Positions 34,148 to 44,184 are shown, numbered from the stretch's first letter. The stretch: DNA of 64,000 nt from an uncultured Actinomycetota bacterium (GCA_963728075.1 CAVSIP010000001.1:147799-211798), one strand, 5' to 3'. Translations and numbers: made by a program. Notes: generated from the letters alone by a model not told the origin.

Positions 34148-37129
34148 GTGAGCGCCGGCGACCCGGTCCCGCGGGGACAGACCGCGGAAGGGCGGCTGGC
34201 CCGGGTCGGCTTCCTCGATCCCGAGCACGCGCTGCGTCAGCTCGCGGCGCTCTCCCTCGACCCCGCCGGCCCGGTGGCACTGGCGCTGTCCGACGCTGCC
34301 GACCCGGACGTCGCCCTCGACGGGCTCACCCGGCTCGCCGACGCGGCGCCGGACCGGACCCGGCTGCTGGGATCGTTGGTGCGGGACGAGGCGCTGCGCT
34401 CGCGGCTGGTGGGCGTCCTCGGTACGAGCCGCGCGCTGGCCGAGCACCTCGCCCGCCACCCGGGGGACTGGCGCACCCTGGCCGACGACGAGGCGCTGGC
34501 CAGCCGGCCGACGGCGTACGGGCTGCAGGCCGCCCTGCTCGCCGCCGTGGGGGCGCGCGAGCCGGACCGCCCGGCGGCGTCGGCGGACGTCGGCGCGTAC
34601 GACGCGCTGCGGGTCGCCTACCGTCGCCACCTGCTGCAGCTCGCCGCGCGTGACGTGGTGGGCGGCCTCGCTGTCGATGACGTCGCGGGGGAGCTGGCCG
34701 ACCTCGCCTCCGCGACCCTGCAGGCCGGGCTCGCCATCGCCCGCGCCGGGCTGCCGGCCGACGCAGCCCCGTGCCGGCTGGCCGTCATCGGCATGGGCAA
34801 GTGCGGCGGCCGGGAGCTGAACTACGTCAGTGACGTCGACGTCGTCTTCGTCGCCGAGCCGGACGGCAGCGAGGAGACCGGGGCCCTGCGCACCGCATCC
34901 GCCCTGGCGGCCGGCATGATGCGCGCCTGCTCGCAGACGACGCCCGAGGGGTCGATCTGGGCTGTCGATGCGGCGCTGCGCCCGGAGGGCAACGCGGGCC
35001 CACTCGTACGCACGCTCGCGAGCCATGAGGCGTACTACCAGCGCTGGGCGAAGACGTGGGAGTTCCAGGCGATGCTCAAGGCCCGCCCGGTCGCCGGCGA
35101 CGAGGCGCTCGGTCACGCGTACGCCGAGCGGCTGCTGCCCCTGGTCTGGCGCGCCGCCGAGCGGGAGAACTTCGTCGAGGACGTGCAGGCGATGCGACGC
35201 CGGGTCCTCGAGCACGTTCCAGCGGCGGAGGCGGACCGGCAGATCAAGCTCGGGTCGGGTGGGCTGCGGGACGTCGAGTTCGCGGTCCAGCTGCTGCAGC
35301 TGGTGCACGGCCGCGCCGACGAGAGCCTGCGCAGCGGCTCCACGCTGGTCGCGCTCGCGGCCCTGTCCGACGGCGGTTACGTCGGCCGCGAGGACGCCCG
35401 CCGGCTCGCCGCCGCGTACCGCTTCCTGCGCACCACCGAGCACCGGATGCAGCTGCAGCGGCTGCGGCGTACGCACGTCGTCCCCGCCGACCCGCGCGAC
35501 CTGCGGTGGCTGGCCCGCGCGCTCGGCTACCGGCGCGAGCCGGAGTCGGCGTTCGAGCGGGAGTGGACGGCGCACCGCCAGGAGGTGCGGCGCCTGCACG
35601 AGAAGCTGTTCTACCGGCCGCTGCTGTCGGCCGTCGCACGCCTGCCCGCCGAGGAGACCCGGCTGACCACCGAGGCCGCCCAGCACCGGCTCGAGGCGCT
35701 CGGGTTCGGCGACCCGGCCGCGGCCCTGCGCCACCTCGAGGCGCTGAGCACCGGCGTCAGCCGGCGGGCGGCCATCCAGCGGACGCTGCTGCCGGCGATG
35801 CTCGGCTGGTTCGCCGACGCGCCGGACCCCGACGCCGGCCTGCTCGCGTTCCGCCAGGTGAGCGAGGCGCTGGGATCGACCCCGTGGTACCTGCGGCTGC
35901 TGCGGGACGAGGGGGTGACCGCACAGCGGCTGGCCCGGCTGCTCGCGACGAGCCGGTACGTCTCCGAGCTGCTCACCCGGGCGCCGGAGGGGGTCGCGCT
36001 GCTGGGGAGCGACGACGAGCTGCGCCCGCGCCCGCCCACCGCGCTGGAGGCGGAGCTGCTCGCGTCCGCGCGCCGCCACGACGAGTGGGAACCGGCCGTC
36101 GCGGCTGCGCGCGCGCTGCGCCGGCGCGAGCTGCTCCGGATCGCGTGCGCGGACCTGCTCGGGCTGGTGGACCTGCCGGAGGTGGGCCGGGCGCTGTCCG
36201 ACGCTGCCGGCGCGACGCTGGCCGCCGCTCTCGAGACAGCCACCCGGAAGGTCGAGGCCGAGCGGCGCAGCCCGCTGCCCGTACGGCTGGCGGTGATCGG
36301 CATGGGCCGCCTCGGTGGCCGCGAGCAGGGCTACGGCAGTGATGCGGACGTGCTGTTCGTCTACGACGGCCCGGACGACCCGGCCGCCACCCAGGCCGCG
36401 CACGAGGTGGCGCACGAGCTGCGGCGGCTGCTGGCGCTGCCTGCCCCGGACCCGCCGCTGGTGGTGGACGCCGACCTGCGCCCCGAGGGGCGGCAGGGCC
36501 CGCTCGTGCGCTCCTTCGACTCCTACGCCGAGTACTACCGGCGGTGGATGTCGGTGTGGGAGCGGCAGGCGCTGCTGCGGGCCCGGCCGGTTGCCGGCGA
36601 CCCGGATCTCGGCCGCCGCTTCGTGGAGCTGGTGAACCCGCTGAGGTGGCCGGAGGAGGTGCTCGAGGCAGCCGCCGTTCGGGAGATCCGGCGGCTCAAG
36701 GCCCGCATGGAGGCCGAGCGCCTGCCGCGCGGCGCCGACCCCGGGCTGCACCTGAAGCTGGGGCGTGGCGGGCTGTCGGACGTGGAGTGGACGGTGCAGC
36801 TGCTGCAGCTGCAGCACGCCGGACGGGTCCCGGGCCTGCGCGTCACCGGCACGTTGCCGGCGCTCGAGGCAGCGGAGCAGGCGGGGCTGCTCGACCCGGC
36901 CGACGCGGACACGCTCGCGGCCGCCTGGCGGCTCGCGTCCCGGGTCCGCAACGCGGTCATGCTGGTCCGTGGCCGGCCGTCGGACAGCGTGCCGATGGAC
37001 GTCCGGACGCTGGCCGGTGTCGCCCGGGTGCTCGGGCATCCGCCCGGCCGCGGGGAGGACGTCGTGGAGTCCTACCGCCGGGAGACGCGCCGGGCGCGAG
37101 CGGTGGTCGAGCGGCTGTTCTTCGGCTAG
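34148..37129 (+). CDS. glnE: bifunctional glutamine-synthetase adenylyltransferase/adenylyl-removing enzyme
   Basis: 993-aa ORF with a GTG start. It has two nucleotidyltransferase halves (VIGMGKCGGRELNYVSDVDVVFV and VIGMGRLGGREQGYGSDADVLFV). Confidence 0.95.
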   Translation: MSAGDPVPRGQTAEGRLARVGFLDPEHALRQLAALSLDPAGPVALALSDAADPDVALDGLTRLADAAPDRTRLLGSLVRDEALRSRLVGVLGTSRALAEHLARHPGDWRTLADDEALASRPTAYGLQAALLAAVGAREPDRPAASADVGAYDALRVAYRRHLLQLAARDVVGGLAVDDVAGELADLASATLQAGLAIARAGLPADAAPCRLAVIGMGKCGGRELNYVSDVDVVFVAEPDGSEETGALRTASALAAGMMRACSQTTPEGSIWAVDAALRPEGNAGPLVRTLASHEAYYQRWAKTWEFQAMLKARPVAGDEALGHAYAERLLPLVWRAAERENFVEDVQAMRRRVLEHVPAAEADRQIKLGSGGLRDVEFAVQLLQLVHGRADESLRSGSTLVALAALSDGGYVGREDARRLAAAYRFLRTTEHRMQLQRLRRTHVVPADPRDLRWLARALGYRREPESAFEREWTAHRQEVRRLHEKLFYRPLLSAVARLPAEETRLTTEAAQHRLEALGFGDPAAALRHLEALSTGVSRRAAIQRTLLPAMLGWFADAPDPDAGLLAFRQVSEALGSTPWYLRLLRDEGVTAQRLARLLATSRYVSELLTRAPEGVALLGSDDELRPRPPTALEAELLASARRHDEWEPAVAAARALRRRELLRIACADLLGLVDLPEVGRALSDAAGATLAAALETATRKVEAERRSPLPVRLAVIGMGRLGGREQGYGSDADVLFVYDGPDDPAATQAAHEVAHELRRLLALPAPDPPLVVDADLRPEGRQGPLVRSFDSYAEYYRRWMSVWERQALLRARPVAGDPDLGRRFVELVNPLRWPEEVLEAAAVREIRRLKARMEAERLPRGADPGLHLKLGRGGLSDVEWTVQLLQLQHAGRVPGLRVTGTLPALEAAEQAGLLDPADADTLAAAWRLASRVRNAVMLVRGRPSDSVPMDVRTLAGVARVLGHPPGRGEDVVESYRRETRRARAVVERLFFG

Positions 37130-37941
37130 CTCGTCAGGACCGGGGCGCGGAACGTGGGCTGCCCGGACAGCATCCGCTGCACCCCGAAGCCGGCGGCGAG
37201 GACGAGGACGCCGCCCAGGGCGTCGAGCGCGAAGTGGTTGGCGGTGCCGACGATGACGAACAGGGTCAGGAGCGGGTAGACCGCGCCGAGGACCCGCACC
37301 CAGGTCCGGCGGGCCAGCTTGACGATCGCGATCGCCGACCACAGGGCCCAGGCGATGTGCAGGGACGGCATGGCCGCGAACTGGTTCGACGCCGCTGCGA
37401 CGTCCGTCGACCCCCATGAGCCCCACGTGTGGAACGTGACGATCGTGTCGATGTAGCCGTAGCCCGGCAGCATCCGCGGCGGTGCGAGCGCGTACGTCCA
37501 GAAACCGATGAGCGCGAGCAGCGTGGTGGCGTAGATGACCGACCGGACCGCCCGGTAGCGCAGCGGGTGGCGCAGGTAGAGCCACAGCAGGACGCTGACG
37601 GTGACCACGAAGTGCAGCGTGGCGTAGTAGTAGTTCGTCACCTGCGCGAGCCAGCCGACCGACGCCACGAACTCGTTGACGACCAGCTCGAAGTTGATGT
37701 GCAGCGTCCGCTCGAGGTGCAGCACGGACACGGCCCGCTCGAACGCCGCCACCTGGTGCGTCGGTACGCCGTTGCGTACGAGGGAGTAGAGCAGGTACGA
37801 GATGCCGATGAAGAGGATCTCCTCCCACCAGCGGGGCCGCCGGGTGGCGCGCAGCCGTTCAGGCAGCAGCGGACGCAGCCGCAACCGGACCCGACGCTGC
37901 GTGCTGGTCGGCGCCTCGTAGAACACCGTGGACTCGCCCAC
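37126..37941 (-). CDS. PAP2-superfamily membrane protein (PAP2_C / inositol-phosphorylceramide-synthase-like)
   Basis: 271-aa ORF reading PPRMLPGYGYIDT...NQFAAMPSLHIAWALW...GTANHFALDA. Its 3' end overlaps the glnE stop by 4 nt (convergent). Confidence 0.75.
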   Translation of the reverse strand: MGESTVFYEAPTSTQRRVRLRLRPLLPERLRATRRPRWWEEILFIGISYLLYSLVRNGVPTHQVAAFERAVSVLHLERTLHINFELVVNEFVASVGWLAQVTNYYYATLHFVVTVSVLLWLYLRHPLRYRAVRSVIYATTLLALIGFWTYALAPPRMLPGYGYIDTIVTFHTWGSWGSTDVAAASNQFAAMPSLHIAWALWSAIAIVKLARRTWVRVLGAVYPLLTLFVIVGTANHFALDALGGVLVLAAGFGVQRMLSGQPTFRAPVLTS

Positions 37942-38033
37942 CTCACCCCCCGGAGCGAGTGTGCCAGAGGTGGGCGGGTCGCGGCAGTACTTCGTGACCC
38001 TGTCCGGCGGGGCCTAGGTCAAGCGGACGAGGC

Positions 38034-38462
38034 CTACGGTGCCGTCGGCGTGGCGGTGTCAGCCGAGGTCACGGCCAGCACGGACCCGCAGAACATGCAC
38101 TTGCCGGCAGCGAACGGGATCTCACCCAGGCAGTGCGGGCACTCCTTCTTGTCCGGGCTGGCGCCGCGCATCCGGCGCTCCGCCATGCGGTTGATCGGCA
38201 GCACGACGACGTAGTAGACCGCGGCCGCGATGAGCACGAAGGCGATCAGGTCGTTGATGAACTGCCCGTAGGCGAAGGTGCTGTGCCGGATCGTGAAGGA
38301 CATGTCGCTGAAGTTCTTCGTGCCGGGAATCGCGATGAGCGGCGTCAACAGGTTCTTGACGAACGACGTGATGACCGCACCGAAGGCAATGCCGATGACG
38401 ATGCCGACAGCCATCTCGACGACGCTGCCGCGCAGGATGAACTTCTTGAAGCCGGTGAACAT
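38034..38462 (-). CDS. mscL: large-conductance mechanosensitive channel MscL with C-terminal zinc-ribbon-like tail
   Basis: The sequence MFTGFKKFILRGSVVEMAVGIVIGIAFGAVITSFVKNLLTPLI is the canonical MscL N-terminus. The C-terminal tail is KKECPHCLGEIPFAAGKCMFCGS. Confidence 0.9.
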   Translation of the reverse strand: MFTGFKKFILRGSVVEMAVGIVIGIAFGAVITSFVKNLLTPLIAIPGTKNFSDMSFTIRHSTFAYGQFINDLIAFVLIAAAVYYVVVLPINRMAERRMRGASPDKKECPHCLGEIPFAAGKCMFCGSVLAVTSADTATPTAP

Positions 38463-38546
38463 ACCCCCACCTCTCCTCTGTCACGTGGACATGTGTGGAA
38501 GAAGCGTGTGACCGCCGTCACCGGGCGCCTAGGGCCGAAAGGCACA

Positions 38547-38576
38547 GTGGCCGCGCCCCCGTCGGGGCGCGGCCAC
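38547..38576 (-). terminator. GC-rich hairpin downstream of glnA
   Basis: GTGGCCGCGCCCC (38547-38559) pairs with GGGGCGCGGCCAC (38564-38576) around a 4-nt loop. It begins 15 nt after the glnA stop and is flanked by TTTG/CAAA. Confidence 0.65.
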
Positions 38577-38590
38577 TTTGGCGTCGGTCG

Positions 38591-40015
38591 TCAGATCCCG
38601 TAGTACATCTGGAACTCGTACGGGTGGGGACGCAGCCGGATCGGGTCCACCTCGTGCGTGCGCTTGTAGTCGATCCAGGTCTCGATGACGTCGGAGGTGA
38701 AGACGCCGCCCTCCTGGAGCCACTCGTTGTCGGCCTCGAGCTCATCGAGCACCTTCTCGAGCGAGCCCGGCACCTGCGGCACTGCGGCGTGCTCGTCCGG
38801 CGGCAGCTCGTACAGGTCCTTGTCGATGGGCTCGCGGGGCTCGATCTTGTTGCGGATGCCGTCGACGCCGGCCATGAGCATCGCGGAGAACGCCAGGTAC
38901 GGGTTGCAGGACGGGTCCGGCACGCGGAACTCCACGCGCTTGGCCTTGGGGTTCGACCCCGTGATCGGGATGCGGCAGCAGGCGGACCGGTTGCGCTGCG
39001 AGTAGACGAGGTTCACCGGCGCCTCGTAGCCAGGCACCAGCCGCCGGTAGGAGTTCGTCGTGGGGTTCGTGAACGCCAGCAGCGCGGGGGCGTGCTTGAG
39101 CAGGCCACCGATGTAGTAGCGCGCCGTGTCGGACAGGCCGGCGTAGCCCATCTCGTCGTAGAACAGCGGGGCGCCGTCCTTCCACAGCGACTGGTGGGTG
39201 TGCATGCCCGACCCGTTGTCACCGAAGATCGGCTTCGGCATGAACGTCACCGTGCGGCCGTTGCGCATCGCCACGTTCTTGACGACGTACTTGAACCACA
39301 TGAGGTTGTCGGCGGTCTCGAGCAGCGTGCCGAACTGGAAGCCCACCTCCGCCTGGCCTGCGGTGCCCACCTCGTGGTGGTGCAGCTCGACGTTGATGCC
39401 GGTGTCGAGGAGCATGCGCGCCATCTCGCTGCGCAGGTCGGTGAAGTGGTCGGTCGGCGGGACCGGGAAGTAGCCGCCCTTGTAGGCCGGCTTGTAGCCC
39501 TTGTTGCCGCCCTCCTCCTCGCGACCGGTGTTCCAGGCGGCCTCGATCGAGTCGATGAAGTGGTACGTCGAGCTCGCCGAGGTGTCGTACCGGATGGAGT
39601 CGAAGATGTAGAACTCGGCCTCCGGCCCGAAGTACGCGGTGTCCGCGATGCCGGAGCCCTTGATGTACGCCTCGGCCTTGCGCGCGATGTTGCGCGGGTC
39701 GCGGGTGTACGCCTCGCCGGTGAGCGGGTCGTGGATGAAGAACGACATGACCATGGTCGGGTGCTGGCGGAACGGGTCCATCACCGCGGTGGTGACGTCC
39801 GGCATGAGCCGCATGTCCGACTCGTGGATCTGCTGGAAGCCGCGGATCGAGGACCCGTCGAACATCAGCCCGTCCTCGAACACCCGCTGGCCGAAGTTCT
39901 CGGCCGGGATCGTGACGTGCTGCATCACGCCCGGAAGGTCGCAGAAGCGGACGTCGACGAACTGCACGCCGTTGTCCTTGATGTAGCCGAGCACCTCGTC
40001 GGCGTTGTTGAACAT
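38591..40015 (-). CDS. glnA: glutamine synthetase type I (GlnA1)
   Basis: The ATG at 40015 gives [33 protein letters not shown]...[19 protein letters not shown]. The adenylylation-site context [10 protein letters not shown] is present. Confidence 0.95.
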   Translation of the reverse strand: MFNNADEVLGYIKDNGVQFVDVRFCDLPGVMQHVTIPAENFGQRVFEDGLMFDGSSIRGFQQIHESDMRLMPDVTTAVMDPFRQHPTMVMSFFIHDPLTGEAYTRDPRNIARKAEAYIKGSGIADTAYFGPEAEFYIFDSIRYDTSASSTYHFIDSIEAAWNTGREEEGGNKGYKPAYKGGYFPVPPTDHFTDLRSEMARMLLDTGINVELHHHEVGTAGQAEVGFQFGTLLETADNLMWFKYVVKNVAMRNGRTVTFMPKPIFGDNGSGMHTHQSLWKDGAPLFYDEMGYAGLSDTARYYIGGLLKHAPALLAFTNPTTNSYRRLVPGYEAPVNLVYSQRNRSACCRIPITGSNPKAKRVEFRVPDPSCNPYLAFSAMLMAGVDGIRNKIEPREPIDKDLYELPPDEHAAVPQVPGSLEKVLDELEADNEWLQEGGVFTSDVIETWIDYKRTHEVDPIRLRPHPYEFQMYYGI

Positions 40016-40111
40016 GAGTCCTCCAGTGCGGGGCCGGGCGGTGACCCGAACGAACCTCTTGCACCGTACCGGCACGGGTCGGCCTGTCACCGGGGACGGT
40101 AGAGAGGGGCG

Positions 40112-40149
40112 ATTACCTCACGGTGTCCCGAATGTTTCGTGGGCGTTAC
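40112..40149 (-). promoter_or_regulatory. GlnR-box-like element upstream of glnA
   Basis: Read in glnA orientation, the element is GTAAC-gcccac-GAAAC-attcgg-GACAC-cgtgag-GTAAT. This is two a-site/b-site pairs with exact n6 spacing against the published actinobacterial consensus gTnAc-n6-GaAAc. It lies 97-134 nt upstream of the glnA ATG. Confidence 0.55.
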
Positions 40150-40225
40150 GCGGGTCCGGCGGCGGGCACCCTCCGTCGTACCATGGCCTCCCCTGCCCCG
40201 GCCCTGCCGCGAAAGGCCCGCGCCC

Positions 40226-43015
40226 GTGACCGTGCCGCCCCAGGAGCCGCCTGCTGCGGCCGGGTCCGAGGCTGCGGCGGAGTCTGAGCGGATGTTCGAC
40301 GACCACCGGCTGGCGCACGCTGCGGCGGAGCAGACCGCACAGCGGCTGCGGCGCCTCCAGGAGGTCAGCAGCGAGCTGGTCGGTGCGCGAACCGTCGACG
40401 CCGTCGTCCGCGCGATGGTCGAGCGTGGCCTCGGTGCGCTCGGCGCGGTCGCGGGGGCGATGTGGACGCTCGACCGGGAGGCGGGCCGGCTCCGCCTACG
40501 CGGGCACGTGGGATACCCCGACGAGGTGGTGGTCCGCTTCACCGACCTGCCGCTGGACGCTGCGGCCCCGGCGGCGGAGGCGGGGCGGGAAGGGCGGCGG
40601 ATCCTGCTCGAGAGCGTCGCGGAACGCGACGCGCGCTACCCGCAGCTGGCCGGCGGTGCGTCCGCGGGGACGGCGTTCCTCGCCGAGCCGCTGTCGGAGG
40701 ACGGTGAGGTCATCGGTGTGCTGGCGGCGTCCCTGACCGACGGACGCGCGCTCGCCGACCCGGCCAACGCCGACTTCCTCGACACCGTGGTCTCGCAGTG
40801 CGCGGTGGCGCTGCACCGCGCCACCGGGCTCGAGGCCGAGCGGGCGAGCCGCCTGGTCGCCGAGCGGTCCGCTCGGCGGCTGGCCCGGCTGCAGGAGTTC
40901 ACCGCGCGGTTGTCCGAGCTCGCCGACGCCGCGCGCCTCTCCGAGACCACGGTGGCCATGGCGATCGAGGAGACCGGCGCCTCCTTCGGCGTCCTGGCCC
41001 TGGTCGCCGGTGACCGCATGCACATCGTGCGTGAGCACGGCATGAACCCCCAGGTTCTCGCCGCGTGGGGCGAGTTCCCGCTCGACGAGTCGATGCCTGC
41101 CGGCGAGGCGGTGCTGAGCCAACGGACGGTGGTCGTCCGGGGGCTGGCCGAGCGGGACGCCCGCTACCCTGCCCTGCGCGACGTGCCCCCGACGTACGAC
41201 CACACGCTGGTCTGCCTGCCGCTCACGGTCGGCGACCACCGCCTCGGGGCGCTCACGCTGACGTTCCCCGGCCTGGAACCGCTCGACGGCGTGGAGCGCG
41301 CGTTCCTGGAGTCGATCGCCGACCAGTGCGCCCACGGCCTCGAGCGCACGCGGCTGCTCGCCCTGGAGGAGCGGGCCCGGACCAGGCTCGAGCTGCTCGC
41401 GGAGGCCGGCCGGCTGTTCGCGTCCCAGAACGACGTCGCGGCGATCTGCCGCGAAGCCTGCCGCCTGGCCGTGCAGCGCATCGCGGACACGGCAGCCGTC
41501 CACCTCTTCGACGACGAGGAGCGACTGCTGACGCTCGTCAGCGAGTGCTCGGACTCGACGCTTGCCGAGACGCAGCGCCGGCTCGTGGCACGCCTCCCGG
41601 ATCGCGTGGTCGACCTGCTCGCCGGGGTGGCCCACTCAGGCGTCCCGAGGTTGGAGACCACCACGCCGGACGAGGCGTCGGCAGTCGCAGGCGAGGACGC
41701 GGAGGTCCTGCTGGCCGCGATGGACGTGCGGTCGACGCTGGTGCTCCCCATGCACGTGCCGGGCCGGGCACTCGGCGTGCTGACGATGAGCACCCTGGGG
41801 GACCGGGCCCCGTTCGGCCCGGACGACCTGTCGGAGATGACCGAGCTGGCGGGGCGGCTCTCGCTCGCGCTGGAGAACGCCCGGCTGTTCCAGCACTCCC
41901 AGGAGGTCGCCCAGACCCTGCAGCGGTCGCTGCTGCCGGGGGACCGTCCGATCGTCCCGGGCGTCGACGTCGCGGTGCGGTACCTCCCGGGGACGACCGG
42001 CGTCACGGTCGGCGGTGACTTCTACGACTTCTTCCCGCTGCCCTCCGGTCGCGTCGGACTCGTCGTCGGAGACGTCATGGGGCGCGGCGTCCATGCTGCG
42101 GCGCTCATGGGCCAGGTCCGCGCCGCGGTTCGCAGCTACGCGCTGGAAGGCCATCGCCCGGCGCCGCTGCTCGACCGGCTCGACCGGCTGGTCGCGTCCC
42201 TGCAGGAAGGGCTGATCGTCACCTGCGTCTACGGGGAGTGGGACGCCGAGCACCGCAGGCTCACCGTCTCCTGCGCCGGGCACCTGCCCCCGCTGGTGCG
42301 GCTGCCGGGGGAGGAACCGCGGTTCCTCGAGGTCGAGCCGGGTGTGCCGCTGGGCGTGGGGCTGGCCGACCACGACGAGTACGACATCGTGCTGCCGCCG
42401 GGCTCGCTGCTGCTCGCGTACACCGACGGGCTGGTCGAGGCCCGCGTCCTGCCGGTGGAGGAGGGCATGGCCGCGCTGGCCGCCGCGGTCACCGACGTGG
42501 CCGGGGCCGACGCCGCCTGCGACGCGGCGCTCGCGGCGATGCGACCGCTCGGGGACGACGACCGCAGGTACGACGACGACACGGCCGTGCTCGCGCTCTG
42601 GACCGTCGACGGCGACCCCGGCGAGCAGGCGCAGCGCGCCGAGCGGCGAGAGAGCGTCGGCCTGGCCGCCGACCCGCACTCGCCCGCCCGGGCCCGGGCG
42701 GTCGTGGAGGCGACCCTCCAGCGGTGGGGCATGGGCGGGCTGGCAGAGGTGGCCACGCTGCTCGTCAGCGAGGCGGTGACCAACGCCGTACGCCACGCCG
42801 GCACCCACATCGAGCTGGTCATCGAGCGGGTCGGCGACGACCGGGTGCGCATCGCCGTCACCGATGAGGCCCCCCGCGCGCTGCTGCGGCAGCGCGAGCC
42901 CGATGCCGCCGCCGAAGGCGGCCGCGGGCTCCACCTCGTCGACCATCTGGCCGACCGGTGGGGCGTGTCGGCGACGGCGTCCACCAAGACGGTCTGGTTC
43001 GAGCTCACCGGCTGA
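40226..43015 (+). CDS. GAFx3-PP2C(SpoIIE)-HATPase (RsbW-like) multidomain signalling protein
   Basis: This is the 958-aa ORF trimmed to the GTG at 40226. The ATG at 40292 is an alternative start. There are three GAF-like blocks. The PP2C core reads GGDFYDFFPLPSGRVGLVVGDVMGRGVHAAALMGQVRAA...LLLAYTDGLVEAR. The C-terminal HATPase reads ARAVVEATL...LLVSEAVTNAVRHAGTHIELVIERVGDDRVRIAVTDE...GRGLHLVDHLADRWGV. Confidence 0.85.
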   Translation: MTVPPQEPPAAAGSEAAAESERMFDDHRLAHAAAEQTAQRLRRLQEVSSELVGARTVDAVVRAMVERGLGALGAVAGAMWTLDREAGRLRLRGHVGYPDEVVVRFTDLPLDAAAPAAEAGREGRRILLESVAERDARYPQLAGGASAGTAFLAEPLSEDGEVIGVLAASLTDGRALADPANADFLDTVVSQCAVALHRATGLEAERASRLVAERSARRLARLQEFTARLSELADAARLSETTVAMAIEETGASFGVLALVAGDRMHIVREHGMNPQVLAAWGEFPLDESMPAGEAVLSQRTVVVRGLAERDARYPALRDVPPTYDHTLVCLPLTVGDHRLGALTLTFPGLEPLDGVERAFLESIADQCAHGLERTRLLALEERARTRLELLAEAGRLFASQNDVAAICREACRLAVQRIADTAAVHLFDDEERLLTLVSECSDSTLAETQRRLVARLPDRVVDLLAGVAHSGVPRLETTTPDEASAVAGEDAEVLLAAMDVRSTLVLPMHVPGRALGVLTMSTLGDRAPFGPDDLSEMTELAGRLSLALENARLFQHSQEVAQTLQRSLLPGDRPIVPGVDVAVRYLPGTTGVTVGGDFYDFFPLPSGRVGLVVGDVMGRGVHAAALMGQVRAAVRSYALEGHRPAPLLDRLDRLVASLQEGLIVTCVYGEWDAEHRRLTVSCAGHLPPLVRLPGEEPRFLEVEPGVPLGVGLADHDEYDIVLPPGSLLLAYTDGLVEARVLPVEEGMAALAAAVTDVAGADAACDAALAAMRPLGDDDRRYDDDTAVLALWTVDGDPGEQAQRAERRESVGLAADPHSPARARAVVEATLQRWGMGGLAEVATLLVSEAVTNAVRHAGTHIELVIERVGDDRVRIAVTDEAPRALLRQREPDAAAEGGRGLHLVDHLADRWGVSATASTKTVWFELTG

Positions 43016-43039
43016 TCGCCCGGCGGCTACCGTGGTGGC

Positions 43040-43474
43040 GTGGCCCGACTGTCCGGCACCTGGCTGTCCGACGTACCCGGCACTCGCAAGCAGGGCAGTC
43101 CCGGCGGGGCGCTGGGACTGCCGGCGTCCGGCCCGGGGTCGCTCGCGACCACGTCGGAACGGCTGGTCGCCCTGCTCATCGACGCGCTGCTGTCGTGGTC
43201 CGTGGCGATGCTCATCGCCGGAGGGCTGCGGACCGGCTACTGGAGCACGGTCGTCTTCCTGGCGGAGTACGTCCTGCTCATCCTCGTCAGCGGCCAGAGT
43301 GCCGGCATGCGCATCCGCGGGTTGCGCGTCGTCCGTCTCGACGGCCAGCCGCTCGGCGCGTGGGTGTTCGTCCGCGCCGTGCTCATGGCGCTCGTGATCC
43401 CGATGCTCTTCCTCGACCAGGACGGGCGCGGGGTGCACGACCGGGCCTCGGGCTCGGTCGTCGTGCGCGCCTGA
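43040..43474 (+). CDS. RDD family membrane protein
   Basis: 144-aa ORF reading ATTSERLVALLIDALLSW...QSAGMRIRGLRVVRLDG...VHDRASGSVVV. Confidence 0.8.
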   Translation: MARLSGTWLSDVPGTRKQGSPGGALGLPASGPGSLATTSERLVALLIDALLSWSVAMLIAGGLRTGYWSTVVFLAEYVLLILVSGQSAGMRIRGLRVVRLDGQPLGAWVFVRAVLMALVIPMLFLDQDGRGVHDRASGSVVVRA

Positions 43475-43486
43475 GGTCGCGCGCGG

Positions 43487-44161
43487 TCAGCGCATCTTGC
43501 CGCGGGGAACCCGACCCCCCTTGGGCAGCGGGCCCTTGGGCAGCGGCACGTTGGGCCCGCCGAGCGCCTTGAGCCGGCCCGCGACCGCGTCGATCTCCGC
43601 GCGCTTGAGGTTGTGGGGCAGCTTCGTGAAGTGCGCCTGCACCTTGCGCAGCGGCACCTGGCCCTCGCCGTTGCCGACCTGCACCTCGTACAGCGGGGTG
43701 TCGGCGGCGACCCGCGCCACCCGCTTCCTCTCCTGCGTGAGCAGCTGGCTCACGCGGCTGGGGGAGCCCTCGCCCACGAGGACGACGCCGGGACGTCCGA
43801 CGACGCGGTGCACCAGGTCCTGGTTGCGGTTGAACGCCACCCCCGGCTCGACGACCCACTGTCCGCGCAGGGAGTTCAGGACCGCGGCGGCCGCGCCCGG
43901 CTGGCCCTCGACGCTGGCGTACTGCGCCGCCATGGACCGCCGGCCGAAGATCGTCGTGACCCACATGAACGCGGCCAGCAGGCCGATGATGCCGAGGTAG
44001 ATGGGGTGGCCGAAGACGAGGCCCAGCGCCAGGAGCACGGCGAGGATCCCCACGCCCGGCCCCACCATGAGCGGCACCAGCTTGGGATCGCGCTCGCGGG
44101 TGAAGGTGAAGACCATGCGCACCTGTGCGATGCGGCTGCTGCTCTGAGGTGCGCGGGCCAT
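43487..44161 (-). CDS. DUF4191 domain-containing membrane protein
   Basis: 224-aa ORF reading RIAQVRMVFTFTRERDPKLVPLMVG... It holds the conserved position next to lipA (the mycobacterial Rv2219-like slot). Confidence 0.75.
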   Translation of the reverse strand: MARAPQSSSRIAQVRMVFTFTRERDPKLVPLMVGPGVGILAVLLALGLVFGHPIYLGIIGLLAAFMWVTTIFGRRSMAAQYASVEGQPGAAAAVLNSLRGQWVVEPGVAFNRNQDLVHRVVGRPGVVLVGEGSPSRVSQLLTQERKRVARVAADTPLYEVQVGNGEGQVPLRKVQAHFTKLPHNLKRAEIDAVAGRLKALGGPNVPLPKGPLPKGGRVPRGKMR

Positions 44162-44184
44162 GTGGGCCAGGATACGGGCGTCGA

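Noticed and set aside
34076-37828. 1250-aa minus-strand ORF antisense to glnE
   Set aside because: glnE on the plus strand is unambiguous. The antisense product is Arg/Pro/Gly-rich with no domain signatures. The same reasoning applies to 30172-32586 (+), 7107-9833 (+), 20728-22728 (-), 41636-43438 (-), 51345-53594 (+), 48827-51028 (-), 24060-25943 (+) and 54769-56646 (+).
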